From a virus (lineage: Duplodnaviria; Caudoviricetes): 35,540 nucleotides of DNA. Position 1 is the first letter of the stretch. The number at the start of each line of letters is the position of its first letter. The position numbers and the translations under genes are program-made. Below, piece by piece: positions 1 to 9,412 of this stretch. The notes under the pieces are model-generated. The model ran no database searches. It saw nothing but the letters and a program-made list of their open reading frames with translations, and was not told where the DNA came from. The stretch spans positions 1-35,540 of the IMG/VR virus record IMGVR_UViG_3300031758_000261; one strand, written 5' to 3'.

Positions 1-294
1 GAAAGTGAGGAATATATTCTTAATACTTTAAAGGGTGTTATTGGTAAAGAAGATAAATATAGAGCAGATTTAGCTTCAATTCTATCAACTCGTATTGTTA
101 ATTATAGTTTGTTCTATAGTAAGACTTCTAAAATAGAAAAATCATATATTGATCGTTTGGCTTATTTGATGAATGAAGATATATTTGCTATGGATTTGAA
201 ATATAAAATTGTAAAATCAATTTATAATGGTAATCCAAGTTCATTCAAGACATTGATGTTAAATAAAACTTTAATTAAATTCTTAAGCAAATAA
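1..294 (+). CDS. C-terminal part of a protein truncated by the window edge; function unknown
   Basis: Frame 1 is open from base 1 (ESEEYILNTLKGVIGKEDKYRADLASILSTRIVNYSLFYS...) to TAA at 292-294; the track start at 109 is an internal TTG. Confidence 0.75.
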   Translation, partial: ESEEYILNTLKGVIGKEDKYRADLASILSTRIVNYSLFYSKTSKIEKSYIDRLAYLMNEDIFAMDLKYKIVKSIYNGNPSSFKTLMLNKTLIKFLSK

Positions 295-296
295 TT

Positions 297-1394
297 ATGA
301 ATATAGGTAAATTAACACTTGATAATAAATATCTCCGTATTAATGGTTGGGAAAAGGTAGCTGGTATTATACCTGAATCATATAAACAACGGTATTTAGC
401 TTTATGTGAAAAAAGTAAAGATAATAAAATTGAAAATAAAACAACTGTTTATTCAACTCCATTATCTGAGTTACCACCATATAAACTAAAAAATTATATT
501 GAGGAGAATAAACTAAACATTAAAACAGCTAGAAAATTTGATAAATTAGACGCTGTTATTATTAGTGATTTATTAATTAAAGATAGTTATCTAGATCTTA
601 AAACATATGTTTGGGATTCAAAAGCTAATAAAAGTTATTATACTCCTAAACTACCTGATAACATATATTTAATCCCAGCTGATTTTATCATAGGTAATAC
701 TAAATTTTTAAAATACAGAAACCAAACAACTCAGTATGGTCAAAGTAATGATATTCTTGTAAATCGTAAAAAAGAACCATTTACTCATTATATTGTACTT
801 GATAAAGATTTAAATAACTGGATTAAAATTGATCCTAATTTTGAAACCATTAAACAATACTCACTTATTTCAGGCCATATTATAACCAACCATCATGGTA
901 ATACTAAGGCATGTAAGAATATTGATTTCTTTTTAAACTTAATTGATAACATTGAAAAATATAACTTAAAAGTTATTTTTGATACATCAGTTAATAATGA
1001 AATCAACCAAGGTGTAGTGATTGACTTTGATATGTATCAAACACTTTATAATATGCTTAATAGTGCTGATGTTGAGAATTGGGAAATGGCTAGAGAGATA
1101 ACAGCTAATTGTGAGTATGAGACATCAAAACCATATCTAATGCATCTATATTGTAGTTTTAGTCAATTAAGAAAATCAAATGGTTCTGCTAACTATCAAT
1201 TCTTAAAAAAGAAACTAAATAAAGATGTTGAATTAGTTGGTTATGGTAAAACAAGTGGCCCATCATTTACTGCTATAACAAAACACTTAGTAACCAAACA
1301 TCCAAATCATACTCAAACGTTTTTAGATTGTTTTAAATATCAAGTTAATATGTTTATTGGAAAAGATGTGATTAAAGAAATAGCATCTTACTAA
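297..1394 (+). CDS. Hypothetical protein (365 aa)
   Basis: Long ORF starting 2 nt after the upstream stop; no motif recognised. Confidence 0.8.
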   Translation: MNIGKLTLDNKYLRINGWEKVAGIIPESYKQRYLALCEKSKDNKIENKTTVYSTPLSELPPYKLKNYIEENKLNIKTARKFDKLDAVIISDLLIKDSYLDLKTYVWDSKANKSYYTPKLPDNIYLIPADFIIGNTKFLKYRNQTTQYGQSNDILVNRKKEPFTHYIVLDKDLNNWIKIDPNFETIKQYSLISGHIITNHHGNTKACKNIDFFLNLIDNIEKYNLKVIFDTSVNNEINQGVVIDFDMYQTLYNMLNSADVENWEMAREITANCEYETSKPYLMHLYCSFSQLRKSNGSANYQFLKKKLNKDVELVGYGKTSGPSFTAITKHLVTKHPNHTQTFLDCFKYQVNMFIGKDVIKEIASY

Positions 1395-1401
1395 TATTTA
1401 T
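1393..1401 (+). promoter_or_regulatory. ATATTTAT putative phage late-promoter motif
   Basis: AATATTTAT ending 15 nt before ATG 1417; the same motif recurs upstream of many structural genes. Confidence 0.6.
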
Positions 1402-1416
1402 TACTAAATAACATTA

Positions 1417-1890
1417 ATGGCAAAAGTAGTACTCCTAAGTTGTACCAAATCTAAATTAGACAAACCTGCCCCTGCACAAGAGTTGTATTCTCCTTCTCCA
1501 ATGTTTCAAAAAACATTAAAGTATGGACAGTCACTTAAACCAGATAAAATGTTTATTCTTTCTGCTAAACATCATTTAGTACCTATGACTAAAGAGTTAG
1601 CACCATATGATATGACTCTTAAAGATATGTCTAAGGATGAGAAGGAAGCATGGGCTGAAGAAACAGTAAAACAAATGAAGTCCCAAGGTTTAAACCCACA
1701 AAAAGACAAATTTGTATTCCTTACTGGTAGCGAATATATGAAGCCGTTATTCAAATATATCCCGGAAACAAATGTTGAAAAACCAATGGATGGTAAACGT
1801 ATGGGTGAACGTTTGAAGTGGTTAAACAGCCAAATTAGTGAAGTATTTACTCGATTAAAAAAACTTATATATGAAGTACTCAAAAAGTAA
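1417..1890 (+). CDS. DUF6884-like protein
   Basis: VVLLSCTKSK...PAPAQELY.SPMF...FILSAKHHLV...PYD.TL...FLTG.EY...GER pattern typical of DUF6884 proteins (recognised by eye). Confidence 0.7.
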   Translation: MAKVVLLSCTKSKLDKPAPAQELYSPSPMFQKTLKYGQSLKPDKMFILSAKHHLVPMTKELAPYDMTLKDMSKDEKEAWAEETVKQMKSQGLNPQKDKFVFLTGSEYMKPLFKYIPETNVEKPMDGKRMGERLKWLNSQISEVFTRLKKLIYEVLKK

Positions 1891-2113
1891 CATCAACGAA
1901 TATATCCAGTTATATTTAAATGATTTGGAAGATTATGGAGATGGTAGTGATAATGTAATAATGTCAGAATCAGTTTTAAATGATTTTAAAATGTTATTAA
2001 CTGAATCAAAAGAACAAGATGTAACGTTATTATTAAAAGAAGCTATACATAACTCTCGACCTGTGAACCGTTTAGTATATAAACATTTCCTAGAATATTT
2101 AGAAAGTATTTAA
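1871..2113 (+). CDS. Small hypothetical protein, possibly head-associated
   Basis: 80-aa ORF overlapping the upstream stop; contains LTE and LKE motifs resembling prohead-protease sites. Confidence 0.65.
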   Translation: MKYSKSNINEYIQLYLNDLEDYGDGSDNVIMSESVLNDFKMLLTESKEQDVTLLLKEAIHNSRPVNRLVYKHFLEYLESI

Positions 2114-2121
2114 TCCACTTG

Positions 2122-2153
2122 TTTGGCTTTGTAGGAAAAAGATGTTATATTTA
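2122..2153 (+). promoter_or_regulatory. Bacteroidota-type sigma promoter (-33 TTTG / -7 TAnnTTT)
   Basis: TTTG at 2122-2125, 20-nt spacer, TATATTTA at 2146-2153; one mismatch from the Bacteroidetes consensus TTTG-N19-21-TAnnTTTG; ATG at 2172. Confidence 0.6.
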
Positions 2154-2171
2154 GGTATAAATTAAAACATT

Positions 2172-2429
2172 ATGGAAGAAGTAAAAAAGTATCAGTTAGA
2201 CCCAACATTAGAAACCAAAAAGTACACATCAACAGATGGTACAGTTCGTTACATGAAAGATGGAAAACTACATAACTGGGAAGGACCAGCTGTAATTCAT
2301 CCAAATGGTAAAAAAGAATATTATATTAATGGTTTCCAACATGATAAAGACAGTCACCATAAAGCAAAACGTGATGGGGTTGGATTGCCTTGGTTTAAGA
2401 GTAGTGTAGGTAAAGGATCACGATCTTAA
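2172..2429 (+). CDS. Small protein with a DGKLHxxxGPA-type beta-hairpin unit
   Basis: DGKLHNWEGPAVIHPNGKKEYYING motif, common in phage and giant-virus repeat proteins. Confidence 0.75.
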   Translation: MEEVKKYQLDPTLETKKYTSTDGTVRYMKDGKLHNWEGPAVIHPNGKKEYYINGFQHDKDSHHKAKRDGVGLPWFKSSVGKGSRS

Positions 2430-2476
2430 TTTTTTTTTTGATATGTATAATAAAACATACTAACATATTTAATACT

Positions 2477-2983
2477 ATGAATAAAGAATTCCTTAAAATG
2501 CAAAAAATAGCTGGTTTAATTACTGAGAGTCAATACTTAAAGTTATTAGAAGATCAACCAGAAGAAAAAAACTATTTAGACTCAGATAGAAAATCATCTA
2601 TACCAAATTTAGGAACTACTGAGATATATGCAGCAGTACCAGAAGATGAATTATATAAAATAGAAAATTTTCCATCTATGCCTAATGCTGTAGATGTATA
2701 TTTTGATACCCCAGAAATGGCTGATATGCTTAAAAATAATGATTTTAAAAAGATTATAAATAAAATAGGATCTCATTATAAAAGCACTTGGAAGGATTTA
2801 AACTTAAATTTAACTCCTTTTCATTATATAAATTTTGATGGAAATTTTTCAACCCCATTAGATATAGCATATGCCCAAGTAGCAGGTGATTCAGGATTAA
2901 CTTTTGTAGATACTTTAAATAGATTTAGTACTGGGTATAAAACAGAAGAAGAATGGGGAATTGAAAGTTGGAAAAAACTTTAA
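2477..2983 (+). CDS. Hypothetical protein with an N-terminal scaffold-mimic leader; candidate internal head protein
   Basis: Likely start ATG 2477 (track start 2438 is TTG); begins MNKEFLKMQKIAGLITE; preceded by the variant motif ATATGTAT at 2441-2448. Confidence 0.75.
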   Translation: MNKEFLKMQKIAGLITESQYLKLLEDQPEEKNYLDSDRKSSIPNLGTTEIYAAVPEDELYKIENFPSMPNAVDVYFDTPEMADMLKNNDFKKIINKIGSHYKSTWKDLNLNLTPFHYINFDGNFSTPLDIAYAQVAGDSGLTFVDTLNRFSTGYKTEEEWGIESWKKL

Positions 2984-3007
2984 CTTTTAAAAAAAATACT
3001 TCAAATT

Positions 3008-3032
3008 AGGCTTGCGCTTGCAAGCCTTTTTT
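3008..3032 (+). terminator. Rho-independent terminator
   Basis: AGGCTTGC-GCTT-GCAAGCCT 8-bp stem followed by a T-run. Confidence 0.85.
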
Positions 3033-3040
3033 ATTATATT
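3011..3040 (+). promoter_or_regulatory. Possible host-sigma-type promoter overlapping the terminator
   Basis: CTTG at 3011-3014, 20-nt spacer, TATATT at 3035-3040, same geometry as the 2122 promoter; ATG at 3047. Confidence 0.35.
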
Positions 3041-3046
3041 ACTAAT

Positions 3047-3577
3047 ATGAAAATAGGTTTTTGTGGAACAATGAGTGTAGGCAAATCTACACTAGTACAT
3101 GCTTTAAAAGAATTACCTGAATTTAAAGATTATTTCTTTGCTACTGAACGTAGTAAATACTTACGTGATTTAGGTATTCCATTAAACACTGATAGTACAT
3201 TAAAAGGTCAAACAATATTCTTAGCTGAACGTTGTTCTGAACTAATGAGAGAAAATGTTATTACTGATAGAACAGTAATTGATGTTATGGCATTTGCTCA
3301 ATGTGCTAAATCAATTAGTGTTGTAGATAAAGGTGCTTTTGCTAATTATGCTGCTCCATTTATTTGGGAATATGATTATGTTTTCTATGTTTCTCCTATA
3401 GGAGTTAAAATTGAAGATAACGGTGTTAGGGAAACAGATGCTTATTATCGTGATAGAATTGATAGTACTATTAAACATGTTATTAAAGATAATTTATTTA
3501 ACATAAAAAACTTTGGCATCATTTCAGGTACTACAGAACAAAGAATTGAACAGATTAAAGGTTACTTAGGGTTTTGA
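3047..3577 (+). CDS. P-loop nucleoside/nucleotide kinase-like protein (AAA_28/NadR-type)
   Basis: N-terminal Walker A GTMSVGKST, ITDRT.ID motif, YDYVFYV..., EDNGVR lid. Confidence 0.75.
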   Translation: MKIGFCGTMSVGKSTLVHALKELPEFKDYFFATERSKYLRDLGIPLNTDSTLKGQTIFLAERCSELMRENVITDRTVIDVMAFAQCAKSISVVDKGAFANYAAPFIWEYDYVFYVSPIGVKIEDNGVRETDAYYRDRIDSTIKHVIKDNLFNIKNFGIISGTTEQRIEQIKGYLGF

Positions 3578-3609
3578 TATTTATACCCAAACCAAAAATC
3601 TTACACATA

Positions 3610-4509
3610 ATGAAAATCTCTGAATTAAAAAACCAAATAGAAGAATTTATAGTTGAAGTATTAAGCGAAGGTGAAGCAGTAGCATGGGGGCCAAGTAATA
3701 AAAATCAAGCCAAACAAAATATTGAAAAATCTAAGCTTGGAGCTGATGCAAAAAAAGAAGCAAAAAAAGAAATAGATGACAACCCATCAGGTATGATATC
3801 AAATGTTCCAACAAATGAATCAGAAGAAGCACTTATGGAAATGGCTTCATTCTATAAAGTAAAAGATAAAGCAGGTTTCAAATCAGCTTTAGCTAAATAT
3901 AAAGATGCTAAAGGTGATAAATTTGATAAAGGTGCTTTAGGAAAATTATTATCAACATTAGACAAAGATGGTGAAGTGGATTTAAAAGCATTATCTAAAG
4001 AAACAGGTAAGGATATAGCCACTTATAACAACCCACAAACACGTGGTGCTTTAGAAAAAGAAGGTGGTGAATTTACTGATTATCTTGAAGCTGGAAAAGG
4101 TGAAAAAGCACCAAAAGAAAAAGCTGAAGATAAGCCAAAAGCTGAACCTAAAAAAGCAGAGAAAAAAGCAGAGCCTAAAAAAGAAAAACCTGCTCCTAAA
4201 AAAGAAGAACCTAAGAAAGCTGAAAAAGAAGAAGATGAAGACGACTCAACAGATGAAAAAGCGCCATCAGAAGCAGAATTAAAGAAAATAGATAAAGAAT
4301 TTAAAACTGACAAATTTGCTAAAAAATTATCACCTGAAGAACAAGAAAAATTAGACAAATTAGAATCAGGCATTAAGAAAAAATTAGCAAACCCAACCAA
4401 AGATAATATTGCTATTGTTAAACAACTCATCAACAAACCAGAAATTAAGAAGTTGTTTAAAGACGGTGGTAAGGATCTTAAAGCATTAGTATCTGATATT
4501 ATTGCTTAA
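3610..4509 (+). CDS. Lys/Glu-rich protein, candidate internal head protein
   Basis: Likely start ATG 3610 (MKISELKNQIEEFIVEVLSE); ATATTTAT at 3577-3584; low-complexity EPKK repeats; LSE and LME sites. Confidence 0.75.
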   Translation: MKISELKNQIEEFIVEVLSEGEAVAWGPSNKNQAKQNIEKSKLGADAKKEAKKEIDDNPSGMISNVPTNESEEALMEMASFYKVKDKAGFKSALAKYKDAKGDKFDKGALGKLLSTLDKDGEVDLKALSKETGKDIATYNNPQTRGALEKEGGEFTDYLEAGKGEKAPKEKAEDKPKAEPKKAEKKAEPKKEKPAPKKEEPKKAEKEEDEDDSTDEKAPSEAELKKIDKEFKTDKFAKKLSPEEQEKLDKLESGIKKKLANPTKDNIAIVKQLINKPEIKKLFKDGGKDLKALVSDIIA

Positions 4510-4533
4510 TATTACCCTTAATAAGGGACAGTT

Positions 4534-6105
4534 ATGAGTCAAGACCTAAAACAAATAATACGAGATGAATATTTGAAGTGCGCCCAAGATCCGGCGCACT
4601 TCATGAAGAAATACTGCCATATTCAACATCCAACTCGTGGTAGAATCATATTCAACTTATACCCATTCCAAGAAAAAGTACTACGATTATGGAGAGATCA
4701 TCCATATGATATAGTACTTAAATCCCGCCAGTTAGGTATCTCAACTTTAGTAGCCGGTTACTCATTGTGGTTAATGTTATTTCAAAAAGACAAAAATGTT
4801 CTTTGTATAGCTACTAAACAAGAAACAGCTAAAAACATGGTAACAAAAGTTAAATTCATGTTTGAAAACTTACCTTCTTGGTTAAAAGTACCCGCTGAAG
4901 AAAACAATAAATTAACATTACGACTAAGTAATGGTTCTCAAGTTAAAGCAGTTTCAGCAGCTGGTGATGCAGGTCGATCAGAAGCAGTATCACTTCTAAT
5001 TATAGATGAGGCAGCGTTTATTGAAGGTATAGCTGAAATATGGGCTTCAGCTCAACAAACCTTAGCAACTGGTGGTGGAGCAATTGTATTGTCTACTCCA
5101 TATGGTACTGGTAATTGGTTCCATCAAACATGGGTTAGAGCAGAAGCACAACAAAATGACTTCTTACCTATTAAACTCCCATGGTATGTTCATCCTGAAC
5201 GTGATGATTATTGGAGAAAAAAACAAGATGAATTATTAGGAGATCCACGATTAGCAGCACAAGAATGTGATTGTGACTTTAATACTTCAGGTGATACTGT
5301 GTTCTATAGTGAACAACTAGACTTTATTTTCGCAACTTCTCTTAAAGATCCCTTGGAAAAACGTGGCATAGACCATAACTTATGGATATGGGAGTTGCCA
5401 GATTATACACGCAGTTACATGGTAGTTGCTGATGTAGCTCGTGGAGATGGTAAAGACTTTTCAACGTTTCATGTGATAGATACTGAATTAAATACACAAG
5501 TAGCTGAATATAAAAGTCAAATTTCACCAAAAGAATTTGGTTATTTACTAGTAAGCATAGCCACAGAATACAATGACGCTTTGTTAGTTGTTGAAAATGC
5601 TAATATAGGATGGTCAACCCTTGACTCAATTATTGAAAGAGGATACAGAAATTTATACTATTCTCCAAAAAGTGAGACATTAAATGCTGAAACTTACCTA
5701 GAAAGAACAGATGATCCATCAAGAATGACACCAGGTTTTACAATGTCTATGAGAACTCGTCCGTTAGTTGTAAATAAGTTTAGAGAATATGTTGGAGACA
5801 AAAGTGTTGTTATACAATCTAAGCGTCTCCTTGAAGAAATGAAAGTGTTTATATGGAGAAACGGTCGACCTGAAGCACAATCTGGTTATAATGATGACTT
5901 GGTTATGAGTTTCGCAATCGGAATGTATGTTCGTGACACTGCTTTAAAATATAAAACACAAGGTTTAGATTTAACTCGTGCTACTTTAAGTAATATGGCT
6001 ACTGTTCGTCCAAATCCACAAGGTAATTTCACTAGAAACGGTGTTCCTAACCCATACCAAATGAATATTGGTGGACAAGACGAAAATATAAGCTGGTTAC
6101 TATAA
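4534..6105 (+). CDS. terL: Terminase large subunit (T4 gp17-like)
   Basis: LKSRQLGIS Walker A region, LLIIDEAAF Walker B, STPYG motif III, ADVARGDGKDFS and DDLVMS nuclease acidic motifs. Confidence 0.95.
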   Translation: MSQDLKQIIRDEYLKCAQDPAHFMKKYCHIQHPTRGRIIFNLYPFQEKVLRLWRDHPYDIVLKSRQLGISTLVAGYSLWLMLFQKDKNVLCIATKQETAKNMVTKVKFMFENLPSWLKVPAEENNKLTLRLSNGSQVKAVSAAGDAGRSEAVSLLIIDEAAFIEGIAEIWASAQQTLATGGGAIVLSTPYGTGNWFHQTWVRAEAQQNDFLPIKLPWYVHPERDDYWRKKQDELLGDPRLAAQECDCDFNTSGDTVFYSEQLDFIFATSLKDPLEKRGIDHNLWIWELPDYTRSYMVVADVARGDGKDFSTFHVIDTELNTQVAEYKSQISPKEFGYLLVSIATEYNDALLVVENANIGWSTLDSIIERGYRNLYYSPKSETLNAETYLERTDDPSRMTPGFTMSMRTRPLVVNKFREYVGDKSVVIQSKRLLEEMKVFIWRNGRPEAQSGYNDDLVMSFAIGMYVRDTALKYKTQGLDLTRATLSNMATVRPNPQGNFTRNGVPNPYQMNIGGQDENISWLL

Positions 6106-6130
6106 TATTTATTATATATAATTCAATTAA

Positions 6131-8020
6131 ATGGCTGATACAAGTGTTTTTTCAAGATTAAGGAAATTATTCTCAACAGATGTAATAATTCGTAACGCTG
6201 GTGGCAATCAGCTCAAAGTAATGGATGTAAATAGCATCCAAGCAACAGGTGAGTTCCAAACTAATGCTTTAGTAGATAGATTTAATCGTATCTATTCTAG
6301 CAATAGCACATCACTTTTTGGAGCTCAATTAAATCTTAACTGGAGATATCTTCGCACCCAAGTATATTCAGACTATGATGCAATGGATACAGATGCTATT
6401 GTGGCTTCTGCTCTTGACATCATAGCTGATGAATGTACTCTCAAGAATGACATGGGTGAGGTGCTCCAAATTAGAAGCTCAAATGAAGATACACAGAAAA
6501 TTCTCTATAATTTATTCTATGATGTATTAAATATTGAGTTTAATTTATGGTCTTGGATTCGCCAAATGTGTAAGTATGGTGACTTCTTTTTAAAACTGGA
6601 AATTGCGGAGAAATTTGGGGTTTATAATGTTATCCCATACACTGCTTATCATATTATGAGAGAAGAACATTATGACCCTAAAAACCCAGCTGAAGTAAGA
6701 TACAGATTTAGCCCAGATGGTTTCTCAGGTGGTGCTACAGGTTTTTATGGTGTAACAGGTCAAGGTACTTATAGTACTAATAAAAATGATTCATCAATTT
6801 ATTTTGATAATTATGAAATGGCTCACTTTAGATTAATTACTGATGTGAATTATCTTCCATATGGTCGTTCTTATCTAGAACCCGCTCGTAAATTATTTAA
6901 ACAATATATTTTGATGGAAGATGCTATGTTAATCCATCGTATTGTTCGTGCTCCTGAAAAGAGAATTTTTTATATTAATGTGGGTTCTATTCCACCAAAT
7001 GAGGTAGAAAACTTCATGCAGAAGACTATTACTCAAATGAAGAGAACTCCATTTATGGATCCAAATACTGGTGAATATAATTTAAAATATAATCTACAAA
7101 ACTCATTAGAAGATTTCTTTATTCCTGTTAGAGGAAATGATCAAACAACTCGAATTGAACCAACTAAAGGTTTAGATTATACAGCGATTGAAGATGTAGT
7201 TTACTTAAGAGATAAGCTATTTGCTGCTTTAAAGGTACCTAAAGCATTTATGGGTTATGAAAAAGACTTAACTGGTAAAGCAACATTAGCAGCTGAAGAT
7301 ATTCGTTTTGCTCGCACAATTGATCGCATTCAAAGAATTATACTCTCAGAACTAAATAAAATTGCCTTAGTTCACTTATATACTCAAGGCTACAGAAATG
7401 AATCATTAACTAATTTTGAATTATCATTAACTACTCCTTCTATCATCTATGATCAAGAAAGAATAGCATTAATGAAGGAAAAAGTTGATTTAGCTAAAAA
7501 TATTATTGACGGTAAATTATTACCTACAGATTGGATCTATGACAATGTATTCCACTTAAGTCAAGATCAGTTTGATGAATATAGAGATTTAATTGCTGAA
7601 GACCAAAAACGTACTTTCAGATTCAAACAAATAGAAAATGAAGGTAATGACCCACTTGAGTCAGGTAAGTCATATGGTACACCTCATGATTTAGCTGCTT
7701 TATATGGTTCTGGAAGGAATGGTATTGGTGTTCCTGATGGTTATGATAAAGATGAAACTTTAGGTAGACCAAAAGAAAAAGCATCTATTGCTGGTACACA
7801 ACAAAGTACTTTAGGTAAAGATAGATTAGGTAATATTGGCATGAAAAAAGGAGATGCAACAGGTGAAGATGGATCTTTAAAGAATAATTTTAAAGGTGGA
7901 TCACCTTTAGCTTTAGAGACTAAAGATAAAAATAAAACTTTATTAGAATCTTTAGATAAAAAATTATCACTTAAAAAAGAAGAATCTTCATTATTAGATG
8001 AATCTCAAATACGAGAGTAA
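6131..8020 (+). CDS. Portal protein (T4 gp20-like)
   Basis: YGRSYLE.ARK...LMEDAMLIHRIVRAPEKRIFYINVG.IPP and EDFFIPVRG, LFAALKVPK motifs; directly follows terminase; ATATTTAT at 6105-6112. Confidence 0.93.
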   Translation: MADTSVFSRLRKLFSTDVIIRNAGGNQLKVMDVNSIQATGEFQTNALVDRFNRIYSSNSTSLFGAQLNLNWRYLRTQVYSDYDAMDTDAIVASALDIIADECTLKNDMGEVLQIRSSNEDTQKILYNLFYDVLNIEFNLWSWIRQMCKYGDFFLKLEIAEKFGVYNVIPYTAYHIMREEHYDPKNPAEVRYRFSPDGFSGGATGFYGVTGQGTYSTNKNDSSIYFDNYEMAHFRLITDVNYLPYGRSYLEPARKLFKQYILMEDAMLIHRIVRAPEKRIFYINVGSIPPNEVENFMQKTITQMKRTPFMDPNTGEYNLKYNLQNSLEDFFIPVRGNDQTTRIEPTKGLDYTAIEDVVYLRDKLFAALKVPKAFMGYEKDLTGKATLAAEDIRFARTIDRIQRIILSELNKIALVHLYTQGYRNESLTNFELSLTTPSIIYDQERIALMKEKVDLAKNIIDGKLLPTDWIYDNVFHLSQDQFDEYRDLIAEDQKRTFRFKQIENEGNDPLESGKSYGTPHDLAALYGSGRNGIGVPDGYDKDETLGRPKEKASIAGTQQSTLGKDRLGNIGMKKGDATGEDGSLKNNFKGGSPLALETKDKNKTLLESLDKKLSLKKEESSLLDESQIRE

Positions 8021-8060
8021 TATTCCCATATATATTTATAATTAAAATATTTACCCTGGA

Positions 8061-8918
8061 ATGACTATAAAACATTCAAAGTATAAAAATACTGGTATCC
8101 TTTTTGAATTATTAGTAAGACAAATTACCGCTGATACATTATCAGGCGCTGAATCACCAGCAACTAGTATTCTAAAAAAATATTTTGGTAAAACAGAATT
8201 AGGGAAAGAGTATAAATTATACGAGAGCTTTTTTAGACACACTAATACTAGTGAAGCTAAAGCTGATATGGTTATCAGCACACTTATAGAAAGTTCTAAA
8301 CAATTAAATCGTTCTGTTTTAAAAAGACAAAAGTACAATTTGATTAAAGAAATCAAAAATCACTATGATTTAGAGGAATTCTTTAAAACTAAATTACCAA
8401 ACTATAAAGCACAAGCTGCTTTATTTACACTTTTAGAAGTTTACAACAGTGAAAATCTGTCTAACCCTAACCAGATTATAGAAAATAAAACAGTTCTATT
8501 AGAATATCTTGTTAAGTCTCCTATTAATAAGAAAGAAGTTAAAGAAAATATCTTAGAAGAATTTAGACATCAAGATAAAGACATTCGAGTACTAGCATAC
8601 AGAGTATTATTAGAAAAATTCAATGATAAGTATGCTGATCTAAACCCACATCAGAAATCAGTATTAAAAGAATTCATCAATAGTGTTGATAATACACCTA
8701 AATTAAGAGAGTTCTATAATACTAAAATAAATGAAATCAAAAACACTTTATTAACTTTAAATAAAAAAGTTACTAATAAAGCTATCCAGATAAAAGTAAA
8801 TGAGGTTGTGAATATTTTACCTAACTTAGGTAAAACAGATAAAGTTAACGATGATCATTTAATTAATCTTCTTCAACACTATCAATTAGTTGAAGAGTTA
8901 GAATCAGTAAATGGATAA
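8061..8918 (+). CDS. Hypothetical helical protein in the head module
   Basis: 285-aa ORF between portal and protease; ATATTTAT at 8032-8039. Confidence 0.75.
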   Translation: MTIKHSKYKNTGILFELLVRQITADTLSGAESPATSILKKYFGKTELGKEYKLYESFFRHTNTSEAKADMVISTLIESSKQLNRSVLKRQKYNLIKEIKNHYDLEEFFKTKLPNYKAQAALFTLLEVYNSENLSNPNQIIENKTVLLEYLVKSPINKKEVKENILEEFRHQDKDIRVLAYRVLLEKFNDKYADLNPHQKSVLKEFINSVDNTPKLREFYNTKINEIKNTLLTLNKKVTNKAIQIKVNEVVNILPNLGKTDKVNDDHLINLLQHYQLVEELESVNG

Positions 8919-9411
8919 GAAAGAAAAAATAAAAGAACTCATTCAGAACCGATTAAAAGAAATGAGCGCCACTGGTACTGGTGCTTCTTTTACTGCTGGG
9001 ACTGGTGCTAACTATGCTACACCTTATGCTTTTAATCCAAATAAAAAAGCTAAAGGCGCTAAAAATATTTACTACTACAAACTTGGTTTTAAACCTGTTG
9101 ATCAAAAAGCTTTAAATAAAAAAGCTAAAGGTATTGAAGTAAAACATTTATGGGAAGAAGAAGAACCTAAATTTGACATTGAAGGTTTTGTTAATAGTTT
9201 AGGTGTTGATGATGAAACAAAACAATATATAGCAGGGCGATTAGGAGATTTTGATCTAATAGCAGATAAGCTAAAAGAACTTATTAAACTAATCCAGGAA
9301 GCTAAAAAAGAAACTATTAATAGCTATAGAGAATCACCAGAGAAAAAATCGGTATATGGTACTGATTTAGCTATTTCGATACTTGATAGAGCAATAAAAT
9401 TATTTACATAA
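8911..9411 (+). CDS. Hypothetical head-module protein
   Basis: Overlaps the upstream stop; N-terminal helix ending LKE, then a Gly/Thr/Ala stretch (SATGTGASFTAGTGANYATPYAF). Confidence 0.75.
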   Translation: MDKKEKIKELIQNRLKEMSATGTGASFTAGTGANYATPYAFNPNKKAKGAKNIYYYKLGFKPVDQKALNKKAKGIEVKHLWEEEEPKFDIEGFVNSLGVDDETKQYIAGRLGDFDLIADKLKELIKLIQEAKKETINSYRESPEKKSVYGTDLAISILDRAIKLFT

Positions 9412-9412
9412 C

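Noticed and set aside
2413-2439. Possible terminator (AGGAT-CACG-ATCTT followed by a T10 run)
   Set aside because: The stem is only 5 bp with a G-U pair; too weak to call.
3610-4509. Small terminase call based on position upstream of terL
   Set aside because: No recognisable TerS features; composition and protease-like sites fit an internal head protein better.
4534-8020. Intron or intein in terminase or portal
   Set aside because: Both ORFs are continuous and of ordinary size with no intein or homing-endonuclease motifs seen.
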